A stretch of 63,685 nucleotides of DNA, counting the filler, from Neoconidiobolus thromboides FSU 785 (Eukaryota; Fungi; Entomophthoromycota): assembly GCA_025603075.1 (NCBI GenBank). It is 2 parts of 2 records of this genome, joined end to end, with 100 filler letters (N's around TTAATTAATTAA, not from the genome) between each part and the next. Parts side by side here need not be neighbours in the genome. Positions count along the whole stretch, not along the records: positions 31,840 to 63,685 come from MU626472.1; 1 more part is not named here. One strand, 5' to 3'. A program made the translations under genes and the position numbers. The notes beneath the pieces are model-generated. The model ran no database searches and had not been told where the DNA came from. It saw only the letters and a program-made list of their open reading frames with translations. The stretch's first letter is position 1; each line of letters opens with the position of its first letter. This document shows, in pieces, positions 40,423-57,142 of the stretch.

Positions 40423-43056
40423 TTAATCTAATTCAGTATCTTTCATAAATCCTACTTTCTTCAGAAGATTATTTTGAACCCAAATATTAATAGGTTCTAA
40501 ATTAAAATCCGTATATTTTGATGTATCTTGAATCACTCCCATAACTCTAGATACAATACTCTCTGGATCTAAGGCAACATCGTTATCTTCAATTACTAGT
40601 TTACTACTGGCTTTGATCTCTTCTTTAGTTTCAATTGGTTCTTCCATTTCGTTATTATTTTTAACTTCACATTGGCAATTGTTATCTTTAGTACTACCGA
40701 TACTAAATGGAAGTGCCAAAGTGAACTGATCTTTTTTAATATAAATTCCAAGGAAGACTATCAAAATACTAAATAAAAAGCCAAACAAATAAAGGTAGTT
40801 AGTTTTTTTCTCCTTTTTTTTTGGTATGTCACAGCCTTCTGGTCCACAGCCTTGGATCACTCTTGCTTTTTTAGCTTCATTTTCTAGCTTGATCCATTCT
40901 TGTACTTTATCATAATCTTTTTTGTAATCTTCTTTACTTTTAATCTTTTCCCAGTTACTCTCATAACGATTGATACATGAGCTAAAAAACAGCATTAAAT
41001 AAGATAAGTTTTGCTATAATAATGATTACTTTTCGCCAAGCGCAACTTTTGATTCCTTTTGTAATTTCTCAGGTGGAAATCGCTTATAAAAACTTAAAGC
41101 TTTTTCAATAAGTTCTTCATCCTCTAGCTCACTTGGAAATGTTTTTAAATAATTATAAACTAATTCTCGATTTTTTTCTAATTTTAAAATCTTTCCTTTT
41201 CTTTTTATTGTTGCCTAATAAAGTATATATTAATCAAAATAATGACTACACAATTGAAATAAACTTACAGCTGCCATAATATAAATAGGTAAAATAGGGT
41301 TAGACGCCAAAAATAGATCAATATACCTTGAACATCTAGTCAGGGATTCTGAACCAAGAGTAAACCAAGTAAGAACCCAAGAAAGTCCATAGTATGATTG
41401 GGCTTTAGTTTGTAATAAAAATTCATAAAGTTCCGGTTCTTCAACTTTAATTAAATATGAGCTTAGTGCCATCTGTCGCATCATTGGCCCTAGAGTACCC
41501 TGCATACTATCTCTTAAGTAATTCAGACTTAAATTTTGGATGCAATTCGCTACTTTACGTTTTCCCAAAACTAATAATAACACGGAGGCGATTTCATGGA
41601 ACCCCTAAAAATATTAAATATTCTATGATTATATGACTTCTATTATTAATACTTGATAATAATTCAATTCTGGCTCTCTTTGAAAGATAGCTTTTAATAA
41701 TTCAATTAATTCAACTCGCTTTCTTTTTCTTTTTACATCATCAATATTCCTTGGTATGTTTTTAAAAGCTCTTTGTCCATCCCTTTTCATCTGTTCATCA
41801 TCTGGATGAGTTTTAACTAAAGTGAAACAAATGAATCAATCATTCTATAAAATAAAATATCTTTTTGTTCTGCTTTACCTTTTGATCTTTTGCTATGATT
41901 TTTATCTCCATGTAAAAGAATATACCTAATAACTCTGATTAAAACACATAAAAACTAAATTATAACCTATTTACCAAGCATCTGACCTTAAAGAGCTAGA
42001 AATTAATCCGTATTTTGATTTTGCCAACTCTTTTAGTTTTTCTCTATCTTTTTCTAGAATAGCTTTTTCAATCTTTTTGACTTTTTCTTTCTTTTCATTA
42101 TCATCTTTTTCACTAACTTCCTTTACATCATCATTATGTTCCTTTAATTTAGCTACTTTGATCTTTTCTTCGATTATTAGTTTTTCGTTAATATCTTCTT
42201 CCTCTTCTTCTCTTTCAGTTTCATGTTCAATCTCCTCGTCTTCTTTCTCAGTTTCAGATTCTTTCTCAGTTTCTACTTCTTTCTCCTCCTCGCTAATTAT
42301 TTCTTCTTCCTTTTCTGCTTTTGCTCCAATATCTTTCTGCTTCTCTTCTTTCTTTTCAACCTTCTTTTTGCTCTCCTTTTCTTTCTCCTCCTTATTTACT
42401 TCTTTCACTTCATTTTCGACAGGCATTGATATCGCAGATACACTCCGATCAATCATTTCACCTTTTTTCTTATTTTCCTCAGACACCCCTTTTAATTTAG
42501 CCACTACAATAACCGGAGATTCATTGTCTTCAGACTCAACTGTACTTTCTTTTTTAGAATTTTCCGAGGAAGGTTTATCATTCTCTATCAAGCCAGCCTT
42601 TCCATCTGATAAATAAGCTAATGAAGAAGATAAATAAGAGGGTAAATTTGATTCATCTAAAATAGGCCATAGCATAGTAGGCGCTTCTTCCAACTCCAAT
42701 GCTTGTTGTGGAGTAATTGAGCTTGGATATTCTAACGACTCTTTACGTAAAAAGTCATTGATCACATCCCAATTACTCGGTTCATTGCTCGGCTTTTCTT
42801 CTTTATAACTAAATATATCTAAAAATGATTTACGTTTTGGACTCTGCTCACTTTCTTTTGATGGAGCTTCTGCAGTTTTTAAAATACTTGGAGCTTCTGT
42901 ACGTGACACACGCATCTTTTCACTAGCGCTATTTTTTAAGCATTGCTTGCAACATTCCTGTATCTTTTCACCTTTCTTTTTCTTGATGTCGCAGCTTTTG
43001 CAGTATTCTATGGGTGCTTTGTTTTTTAGAAATGGATTCCAGGAGTTTAAAGTCAT
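40423..43056 (-). CDS. GYP8: TBC-domain Rab-GAP, TBC1D20/GYP8 type, with long charged N-terminal extension and C-terminal TM
   Basis: QMKRDGQRAF (R-finger), LNYYQGFHEI (Q-finger), YGLSWVLTWF, RYIDLFLASNPILPIY and a hydrophobic segment YLYLFGFLFSILIVFLGIYI. Confidence 0.88.
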
Positions 43057-44058
43057 TTTTAAAGTTAATGATTATAAAAATAAACTGTCCTCTTTAAGCT
43101 TTTTAAATTTTATTAAAATTTTGATATTGCCTTTTAATACCCCCCATTTAAACCATGTTTATAAAGTAAATTTTTAAGCTGATCTTTTACTATTTTAATA
43201 CCTTCTCCTTTATTTTAAAGGAGATTTAGATTGAACTTTAAATTTGACTTAAATAAACCAGAGTTTATTTCATGAACTTGTTTTTATTGGCTGTTTTTTA
43301 TTGCTAGTGAATTGGATCTCCTGTGGCTTAGATGGGGAAAGTTTTATGCTGTAATAAACAAATTCATTTCATTACAAAATTAAAATTAGTTAGAACTCAA
43401 TCTCATAATATTTAATAATTTGTTAAATGTCAAATAAGTTTAACAAGTTTATTATTTAATACTAAGACCTAAGACTTTTATTAGTTTAAAAGTGTGAGTG
43501 TTTACATATTGTTATTATTTCAAATGTTTTGTTTTAAATCAATTAAAAAAATGAATTTTCATGGTATTTGAATTAAGATAAACTATACAACTTTATACTA
43601 ATATAAAGTTTCATTGTATAAAACATCATTTTTTAATTAAGCAATAAAATTATGATGCAGAAAATCATGTCAAAATCAACATTTGTTCTTGTTACTGAAT
43701 GTGGAATATAAATGAACACATTAATTGTAATTGATCCCAAATATCTTTTGAACTTTAAACTTTAATTTATCAAGATTACATTTTTATTTACATCCTTGAC
43801 TATTTTATTGATGTGAATCCTTTTGGAATTCTTTAAATTGAGTTATATAATCCTTTAAATCCTAATTGTTAACCAAAAATAAAAACAAACTAAAATTATA
43901 TAATATTATATTATAATATTAAATATTGCCTTTATTTAAAAGCCAAAGAACTTAATAAAGGTTTATTTCCACACTAATTTGAGAGCTGAAAATAAAAAGG
44001 GCATAAAGTAAAGATAAAATAGTAGCAACAACTTAATGAATATACTTATAAAAAATTA

Positions 44059-47000
44059 TTATAAAGGTTTTGAATTGTTCGATTCTAAACGTATTTCAGC
44101 CAAGCGACTACGAAGATCATTAACATTCTTACGTTGGGGTGGTGATGGTACCTCTGCTTCTTCTTTAGGAAGTTCATCTAACACTCTTGCTGGTGATGCT
44201 TTTTTGTATGGTGGGGATCCAATATCGGAATCTGAGCCTTTTTCTGCTTGAGCTTGAGCATGACTTAACCCGAGACTCTCTTTCTTCATCTGTTCTTCAT
44301 AAGCTTTAAGTAACTCATCTACTCGATCAAAAAGAGCAAGCCCCCTCTTTTCAAGTTCATCTTGGTAAACACCATAATAATTAGGATACCGATTCAAAAA
44401 ATTATGCAAGGTTTTAATTAGCCCTGCAGAAGGCTCCTGACCCACAACGAAATTCTGAAGGATTGATTCCAGAAAAGCAGTCAAAGATTCATTGATATCT
44501 GGATCATATATATCATCTTTACGTCCACGATAGAGCTTGGTTTTACTTGCATCCTCCATCTTTTTAATATCAAATTTATGAAGCATAGTGTTAATATAAT
44601 CCGATAAATGATCATCTGGACATCCAACTGGTACTTCGTTAAAATGCTTTCTAATTTCTAGTTTCAGATGAGAGCACAATTCATATAAAATAGTTTTGAT
44701 CGTTTTAAATATAAGGAATGCTTGCTTATCATCTGCACTAACTCTTTTACTGAGCTCTGAAGGTGGGAATTTGGTAAAAAAGTGATTTATATACCCCAAT
44801 AGTCTATCTGGATTCAATTTACCGCTTTGAAGGTTGCAGCTTATATTCCTAGTTAATTTCCATGTACATTTAATTAAAAGCGAAGAATATTTAACTTCAA
44901 AGTCTGAGTGCATCGAAGTCGTATGAGAAAGACATTCTTTTAAGAGACATAACAACGCCTGGAAAGCCACGGTTGGATTAGTGGTGTCTAGAATTTTGAC
45001 CATAAGAACATTAAGCTGACGAGAAAGATCATAAGATTCTTGACCGCCATAAGATTTATGTTCTAACAATCGTCGGATAACTTCTTCTATTACTAAAGCA
45101 AGAGATTCCCCGTGGATGGCATCGCCAAGTAATGGGTAGGAAAATATCTGCATGAAAGTGGTTGTTACGTATTTCAAACATCCTTTTTTGTGCCTAAATG
45201 CCGTATTTCTCTTATTAAAAAGATTGTAATGTAATGCTGAAAGATTCACTGCCAAAGGATCCATAAATGGGACAATTTCATCAATGGGACCTGCAAGCAG
45301 TTTCTCTAACTCGTTCAAGTATTCGATCACCTGATGATAGTCACCAGTTTCTAAAATTCTAAGGATTCGAGTCATTGTTCTTTCTGAGTCACGAGCTTCA
45401 TTTAATTCTAAAGTTATTGCTCTATGATTATTACGAATTAAATTTGAACTGTCAAAAGAACTGGTAGGGCTACTGGGACTGCCAAAGTTATCATAAATAT
45501 CGTTGCCATTGGTCACATCACTAATAACTGATATTTGCTGTGGTCCTTTAGCTTGATTGGTTGGAAAATTATCCTCTGAAGGGCCTTGAGAAATACTGTC
45601 ACTACCTTTTTGGAATGAAAAAACATGTGCATTTGGCTCAGTAGGCTTTGTATTTTTCGATTCATTATTTGCAACAGCTAATGTTTTTGTACGCTTAAAT
45701 CTTTCTTCAAGATAACTCTTCTCCTTACTCCCAATCTGACCAATATACCCATAAACTTGATCTCCAACTAGTATATAAACTTGAGTTAACACGTTTATCG
45801 CTCCATTACGTACAGCTGCATCGCGATCTCCAACGTGAATAGCAATATTTGGGCAAACTCTAGAGGGGTTACCACAAACGGAAAGTCCATCACGCTGGAT
45901 AATATTTGCTAACTCTTCTAACGTTTCAGCTTTGCCCCTAGAATTCTTTGTGTTTAACCCATACGTCATGAGGAGTGGGAATATTTTGGCAGATGAATAG
46001 ATGGAGCAAACATCTTTAAGTAGATCTTTTACTTTTTTCCTCAATGTTTCATTAGTATGCCCTAGCTTTTGAGACAATGCTGGTACAATTATAGCTGCTT
46101 CAATAGGGTTGAGTCGTTCTCCGTTTTCTATAAACATTTTAAATATATGTCCTGTTAGATCAAGGGAGTTTTTGATAATAACAGTGGTTTGTTCACTAAG
46201 TCGTATAGCTAATATTTTGAAGAGTATATCCGAGATGTTTGTTAATCGAATTATCATTTCATAATAATCTAACTTGAACTCTTTTAAACATAAATCTGGG
46301 CTATCAAAGATCTTATTCAACTGGACGAGAGCTGTAGCATGGTCCTTTTCCTTATTGTTTCCGGTACTAAATAAGAGGTTATGAAATTCAACTGAAAAAC
46401 ATGAGTGGGTGGTTTCAACTAGTTGATCTGTTAAATCAGCAGGGGGGACCTCAAATACCCAGCGGGTTACTTTATCCTTAGCTAATCTAGAATTTTTCTG
46501 TTCAGGGCTTGTAGCCGATATTATTGACTTTATTTTTGGAACTTCCTTCTCTTGAACTTGAGGTTTTACTGATGAGGTTTGTCTTCTAACAACAGTAGAA
46601 CTACGTTTGAGGGTAGTTGAACCTGTATTTTGTGGTGGAGTCGGGGTTGGTGCTTTTGGTTTTGGTTTTTCAGAAGATCTGAATTTTTCGATAACTTGTA
46701 GGACTTCGGGTTGTAATGACGTCTTGAGTGACATGCATTTCGAATGAATTGAGCTATAACCCAAACTGTTTACGAGTAGCTCAAGGCATTTTTGTGAATT
46801 TTTGCGAACTTCAGCATTCTTATCATGCAAGCATAGCATTAATGGCGTTGCTAAAGAGATTAAATCCGATGCTTTGGAATAATCTGGTAATGCATTTGAT
46901 AACCATTTGGTCAAATCTTTGCGGAGATTTACAGATTCTGGTGCTAATGAAAGCGCGATGGAAGGGATCATGAAACTTAAACCTGATGCCTTTGCGGATG

Positions 47001-50000
47001 CAGTAAGAGCTTTTCCAGCAGAATCACGGATATTTGGTTTTAAGTCATTCAAGCAAGTACAAATGGGCTTTATGAGTGAATGGCCAACCTTTTCAAAAGG
47101 CTTTCCAATTGACTCGGCTAGAATATTGCATACTTCTAAAGTGTAATAAACTAAATTTTTGTTTACATCTTCTAAACGAAGATTTAATGCTGCTGGTAGT
47201 TCACCAACGGATGGTAAGATTCTCTTCTGTTTAGCTTCCAAGATTTGTTTAATACTATCTAATCCCTCCTTACGGAGCTTCCAGCTTTTATCACTTAATA
47301 ATCCTAATAGCTCCGAATTAATTAACGGGCTTATGTCTACCCTTGGGAACAAACCTTCCATCGTACTTTCTTCATCCTCTTCATCTTCAACTTCAGTAGC
47401 AGGCATAGGATCTTCGGCCTCAACCTTAGATACTTTTTTGTCGCCAATTTGGAACCTTGTGGGTGATTGTGGTCTGCGACCTTCAACTTTGGCAAATTCT
47501 GCATCAATCACGCTCAATAAAGCAGGGCTTAGATCCTGAGCAAAAGCCTTTACCTGTGGACCTACATATATACGGATTTCAGCTAAAAGGCTTACAGCGT
47601 TTGATCTTACTGTGGCATTAGAAGAAGATAAAAATGTAATAACGAACTCAACAAGAGATCGGGGGGCTAATTTTGATGCTCCAAATGCAATTAAAGTCTG
47701 CTTTATCCATTGAAGTGCGTCTCCTTGTATTTTAGGTGACTTTACTGCTTTAACCAATGGGTAGCACTGGTCAAAAACAAATTTTAATGATGTCCTTTCA
47801 GCGTATGCTTCTAAACAATCACCAGCCGCTTTTTTTAACTTTATGTCGCCTAATTTATCTACTAAAATAGGCATAGTTAAAGCAGCACAACCAGCAGTAA
47901 AATTGGAATGATTAACACATAAAGCTTGGAATATATTAAACATCTTTGTCATCACCTGGAAATTTGCCTCTTTAAATCCAGGTTTCTTTTGAAGTTGTCT
48001 AATTAAAAGTTCTGGTTCAAGCTCTGAGTCTGGAGTTGCGTTTACATAATCCAAAAATGCTTCAGTAGCTTCTAATCTAACTTTCCAAGCGGAGTTTTGA
48101 ATGCCTTCCAAGATATTTCTTGATAAGTGCTCTGAAATCAACCCATCAACGTCTTCTGCAGTGAATTTATAAGAAATCGATATCTCTTTAGCTGGCCCTT
48201 TTGCTGGGGCCTTTTTAGCCACATTAGTCGGTTTGGCCGCTGATTTGATTGTTGATTTCCTTTGGACAGGAGTGTTTGAAGGTGTAGCGGGCTTTGAAGC
48301 AGTAGTAGCGACAACCTTCTTAGGTGGTGCGTTTCTAGTTGGCGGCCCTGCTTTGAGATCAGGTCTCTTAACTGGTATTGATTTCTTAGCTGCTACAGGC
48401 TTTGGTGCTGCACTTTTCTTAACCTGAACTTCGGCCTTCTCAAAATAATCCTTTACTTTAGCTGACTTGATGTTATCCAAATCTTCGATAAAAGGCCCAA
48501 CGACCTTCTCTCCTACAACCTTCATTATAGTTCCTAAACATTCCGCAGAAGCTTCTCTGACAGCATTATCACCATCTTGATAAGTTTTTAGAAGTCCAGG
48601 AAAAAAATCTTTAATCTGACCCTTTGTTGGAGCAGTCTTTATCGTTTTGAATATACGTGTTATCCATTCAACAACCTGCCTTTTAACTTGTGGATTTTTA
48701 TGTGATAGCTGAGGAATAATGTCGTCTTTAACGTCATCAAGTGAGACTGAGTTATAGACTGCATCAAGTGCTCCTTTTAAAGCATCCACAAAGTTTTGTT
48801 TCTTTTCCTTGAGTTTATCAAGTAAAGGAGGCAAAGCAATTGATTTGTACTTTGAAAAGCTTGTTCGTAATCCCTTAGCAATTAATTCAATACAGTTGAC
48901 CGCTAAGGCTCCAACTACAACATTCGTATCATTAACATGTGCCGCCAATGAGTTAACCAGTTGATCATATGCGTCACTAAATACAAGCTTTGGTTTGTCA
49001 ACTAGTTTTTGTAAAATAGTCAATACTTCTTTTCTCTCTTGCCATTTTTTTGAGGACTAAATATTGTTAATACACATTTATTTAATTAATATTGTTATTG
49101 CTATTACTATTTCAGTATAGAAATTTCCTGGAATTTCAGAAGTTATGTCAACTGGTTCTACAACGTCATATGCATCAATCATAACAGGCTCTTCATCGAT
49201 AGAATCAGCGTTATCATCTATAAATTATAGTAAAATAATAAATAAATAAAGTAATCTACCTTGCTCCTCAGGCTCTTCAATACGCTCTTCTGCAGCTTTT
49301 GCTTGTTGAGAGCGTAAAAATCTAGCTGCGGTGGGCTTGGCAGTACCAATAGCTTCAAATTGGGCAGTCAAATCTTTAATCTTTATGATGTTTTTTTGTT
49401 ATAATTGGAAGATATTAAAAAATCTTGAAATTACCTGTACTGGTTTAAGATCTGTTAAATAGCTATCGATGGCTTTGTTAATCCAACGATAAATTACTAT
49501 GGCCAACTCTGAAGCCTATGATATTAAAAAGGTTGGAATTAAGAGATTAAAGGAAAGTACCTCTGCGCGAACATTTTTGTCACTGTGTCCAAACATCACT
49601 ACTAAATTTTTTAGTATTTCTTTGATATTTACTGCACGTGCACCAAATTGGGAAACAATTTCTTTGAACACTTGCACACAGGCAGCAACTAACTTTGGTT
49701 GCTTATTTTTAAGAAATGGAATCATCAAAGTCTAAATAAAATATTATTTAAGCTATCAAAAAATGTAGAATTAAATTGTACAATTATAGGTGGGGTAAAC
49801 TCGAGCTCAACAAGCATAAGAAGGATGTTTAGGGATTGCGCTTTTGAGCCTGCTTTGTTAGAAACTAAGCCTTTTTGAACTAAAATTCCAACAAGATCTT
49901 CTAAATTACTTCAAAAATTAATTTAAACAATTATAAATTATAAAACTAATACTCATATCGTCCAGGATAATTTTCAAAATACTTAAAAACACAAACAAGA

Positions 50001-50260
50001 CCAGATTCTTGTGCAGCCATATTTGAGTCCTTAGCCATATTTATAAGATCTGAAGTATATTTAGTAAACCCATGTGCTTCAGCTTCAGCATCCAATTTAG
50101 TAAATTCCTTTGCAAGTTCCTCATAGCCTTCCTTTCTTGCTTTCCAATTCTAAATAATACAGTCAAATTTATTGAAATAGTCGATATTAAATCATACTTT
50201 ATGCTTAATTTTATCGTCTATTGAAAGACTTCTAAAATCTTCATCGACTCCATTACTCAT
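44059..50260 (-). CDS. STU2: XMAP215/ch-TOG microtubule polymerase (STU2/ALP14/CKAP5)
   Basis: Repeated TOG W-motifs (NWKARKEGYEEL, KWQERKE, AWKVRLEA, SWKLRKEGL). Introns lie only in the first ~1.2 kb, followed by a ~5-kb exon. Confidence 0.95.
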
Positions 50261-50929
50261 GTTGATTAAATTAATGAGAAAATTTTCAAAAACTACAAGC
50301 ACTGGAATTCTTTGTCATAGTTATACAATAAAAACTGTGCAAAAATTGACTAATAAACCAACCTCTCCTAATTTTGGCTTAATTGGGCATAAGTTTATTT
50401 TTAGTTTACTCATCAAAGATCTTTTTTAACCAATAAAAAATGATTACTACTCTATATGGTAAATAGTCAAAAAGGTAGTAACGGTTTTTATTTTAAGAAA
50501 GCAACAAACATTTTAATAAAGGGATTATTATAGCAGAAATGTGCTGTATTATTATATTAACTTCAAGGCTATGAAATGATGAAAATAAAACACGCTACAC
50601 TAATTTTTTATTTTTAATGGTATATCATTTTTAGCTCAGTCTGGAACTAAAATTCCGACTAAGTTTATATTTTTTCAACTTTAAATTTCTATATATTTTA
50701 ATATGTATAGATTGGTTTAAAAGCTCAGTTCAAATTCTAAGTAAATTATTTCAATTTAAAATTAGCTGCTAATTTCTACTATTGTCTAACTTTATTAAGA
50801 GATTAAAGGTTTCAACTCCCAGACGATTGTTATTTAAAATATAATATAATTTTGAATCCTTTTTTCGTTTTTATCTAATATTAGTATTACTATAATTTTT
50901 ATGTCTTACCACTATAATAAATATGTAGC

Positions 50930-51035
50930 ATATGGAGATGTATTTTTATGTTTAAGAGTTTTACTAACAAATTTTCCGTTCAAATAGCGCTTAAAAGACA
51001 GAAAAAATGATCAAACTAAAAAAACATCCCCATAT
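50930..51035 (-). mobile_element. MITE-like element, copy 7 (B)
   Basis: ATATGGAGATGTATTTTT...TTTTACTAACAAATTTTCCGTTCAAATAGCGCTTAAAAGA...ACATCCCCATAT. Confidence 0.85.
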
Positions 51036-51231
51036 ATTAGACTTCATTTTAAAAAAATGCTATCAGTTTGCTTACTATAATTTAAAAACAATTTATTTAT
51101 TAAGATACATTAAAATAAACTTGTTTAACTTGTCTAATAAATATTTGAATATTTGCTTAAAGCTACTTTTTATGTTTTTATTTTATTTTATATTTTTTTT
51201 AAAAACATGAATTTAATCAAATGAAAGCTAT

Positions 51232-51330
51232 ATATGGGGATGTCTTTTTGGCTCCATCACTTTTTCCATTTTTTAAGTGCTATCTAAGAGCAAAAATTGT
51301 TAGTAAAATTCATAAACAAAGAAATAGATG
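51232..51330 (+). mobile_element. MITE-like element, copy 8 (A, right end decayed)
   Basis: ATATGGGGATGTCTTTTTGGCTCCATCACTTTTTCCATTTTTTAAGTGCTATCT...TTAGTAAAATTC. Confidence 0.78.
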
Positions 51331-51671
51331 CTTTTATTTAAAACATAATTATTAAAGTCACAATAGCTATTTCTGACTCTCCGCTCAACTATATAGTAAA
51401 TTTATTTGATTTTCATTTATTTTATGTGTAACAGAATTTTCCATAAAATTAAACTTGTACAAAATTTGAACTGTTTTAAAGTAGGCCCATATTTAATGAC
51501 ATTTTTTATTTTTCAATGCTTTTAGTAATATAAAAATAATGTCAATTATGGCTACTAGTATTAAATAATTCAAATAATTGAAAATAGATATTTATTAGAT
51601 ATACCGTTAGTTTAGATTTTAAATAGTTGGCAGCCACTTAAGTAGACTAGTAAAATTCCAGTATTAGCAAT

Positions 51672-51776
51672 ATATGAGGGTATTTTTTTTTGTCTAAGAA
51701 TTTCATTAGCAATTTTTCCACTCAAATAGTGCTCTAAAAATGAAAAAGGGATGAGACCAAAAAAAGATCCCTCCAC
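51672..51776 (-). mobile_element. MITE-like element, copy 9 (B, degenerate)
   Basis: ATATGAGGGTATTTTT...TTTTTCCACTCAAATAGTGCTCTAAAAATGAAAAAGGGATGAGACC...ATCCCTCCAC. Confidence 0.72.
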
Positions 51777-52173
51777 AGATTACAAAAAGATGTACAATAA
51801 AATTTAGTCAATGATTAGTACTAATAAATTTTTTAAGCATAGATTCAAAATTTTATATTAGCTAAATTATCAAATTTTTAGTTTTTTGATTTCTTTGAAT
51901 GTTTCTTATTTTTAATATTAATTAACATAAAGTCCTAACTGGTGCTTAATTAAGCGAACGTTATTTTAAAATATTATTTCATAAAAACGATTACTAATAT
52001 TAGTTTTGCTTGTTATCTACAACAATTACTTTAAAGTTATGAAAACCTACCTTTATCTCAATTCTATTGTCTCTACCCAGCCTTCTATGTCAAAATCATA
52101 GCCTTTACAAATAAGTAGACTTTTGAAAAGAAATGTTAAAAAACATAAAGAACTAATATAAAACTTTATAATT

Positions 52174-52281
52174 ATATGAGGATGTGTTTTTGTGTTTAAG
52201 AATTTTATTAACAAATTTTCCACGCAAATAGCGCTTAAAAAATGGAAAAAATAATGAAGTAAAAAAAAAACACTCCCATAT
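52174..52281 (-). mobile_element. MITE-like element, copy 10 (B)
   Basis: ATATGAGGATGTG...TTTTCCACGCAAATAGCGCTTAAAAAATGGAAAAAATAATGAAGT...CACTCCCATAT. Confidence 0.85.
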
Positions 52282-52407
52282 ATATTTATAATATTTTATA
52301 GAGATCAAAACATCAAAAATATGTATTTCATTTATGAAATTTTATTAAATGAAAATAGTTGATTTACCCACTTATAAACCAAATTAAAGAAACCACTATT
52401 ATAGCCC

Positions 52408-55767
<3,360 letters not shown>

Positions 55768-57142
55768 AGTTTAATTCTTTAAAACAAATGTCAATTTAAA
55801 ATACAAAGCAGAAAAATAAAATTTTTAATTAAAAAGTTTCTCTTTTCATTTAGATTGCTTGGTTTTATACCTTCTTTTTTAACTTGTTTTTTAACTTGTT
55901 TTTATTACCAAGCATCAAAATCTATCAATTTTCTTGCTATTTATAGGTCAAATCCTTTGTTAGTCACGTATTTACATCATTAGTTGTAAATGCTTAAAAT
56001 ATACCCCTATATTATTTTAATTGAATTGCTATTAGTAATAGATATGCTACTGTGGCCATTTTAATTGGATCAGGATACATTTGAAAGTGTTATAATGCTC
56101 CTATTAAAATAATTTAAATGCAAACTTTCATATATAATTTGATGGCTTCATAAACTAAAATACTGCTATTTGATTAGTACAGCTTTGATCAAATAGTAAT
56201 GTTTATGAAACCATCAGATTATCAAATCACAAAAAAATTCACATTTGTTACAGGGTTATTGTCACATAACGGCTATGGCAAGAAGAGAATTCCAACAAGC
56301 TAGTGAACAGACTTTATCAATAATTTTTAAAGTGAGCAGATTGAAAATATTACTAAATCATTCGAAATGTTCCAGTATAAACTTATGGATACTAAAAATG
56401 GTTAATTATAGGTTGCAGTATCATTGAAGAATTTAGATTAAAATATTTTCATTTTTTGGTTTTAGAAAAGTTTACTATTACAACTAAAAATTGATACTTT
56501 TTTATGTGCACGAATTTTTACTGAACGTTTGAACAACCTAATAATATATTTGTAATTTTGCTCACTTTGTTCAAAATTATTGTCGAAACTTTAGCTTGTT
56601 GAATTGTTTTCTTACTATAGTTGTGATATGATAAAAATCCATATTTCAATAGTACTATAGCTAATAAATTGTAAGAACATCATACTAGGCTGCATCTTAA
56701 AATCGGCATTATATTAATTTATAGTTATAACTATAACCATAAATAATAAGTCAAAAAACGTCAATTATTGAACACCACTTTTAACAGTAAAATATAATAT
56801 TTATAGAAATAACTGTAAATCTGGTTTATAGAATAAAGAATTTTGTTATAAAACAACAGTTTTAAAAACACTTTTATCGTAAATTCAAAGGATTTAGAAT
56901 ATTTTTACACTCTCAAGAGCTAAATAGTTACAACTAGAATAAAATGCTTGTATTTAAAATATATTTTTAACTTGTATAATAATTAGCAAAACGAAGCCAT
57001 ACAGGTATGGAAAATGTAAATGATTTTTAAAGAATTAAAATTGAAATTTAAATGAATTTTTATCACATAATAAATAAATTATAAAAATACTTAAATAAAG
57101 CTGTATCACTTAGTTTAAAAACATTCGCAAATTGTTTATTCA

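Noticed and set aside
56245-56427. 60-aa ORF starting near TGTTACA/TGTCACA as a solo LTR or transposon remnant
   Set aside because: No second LTR, TSD, PBS/PPT or recognisable protein motif.
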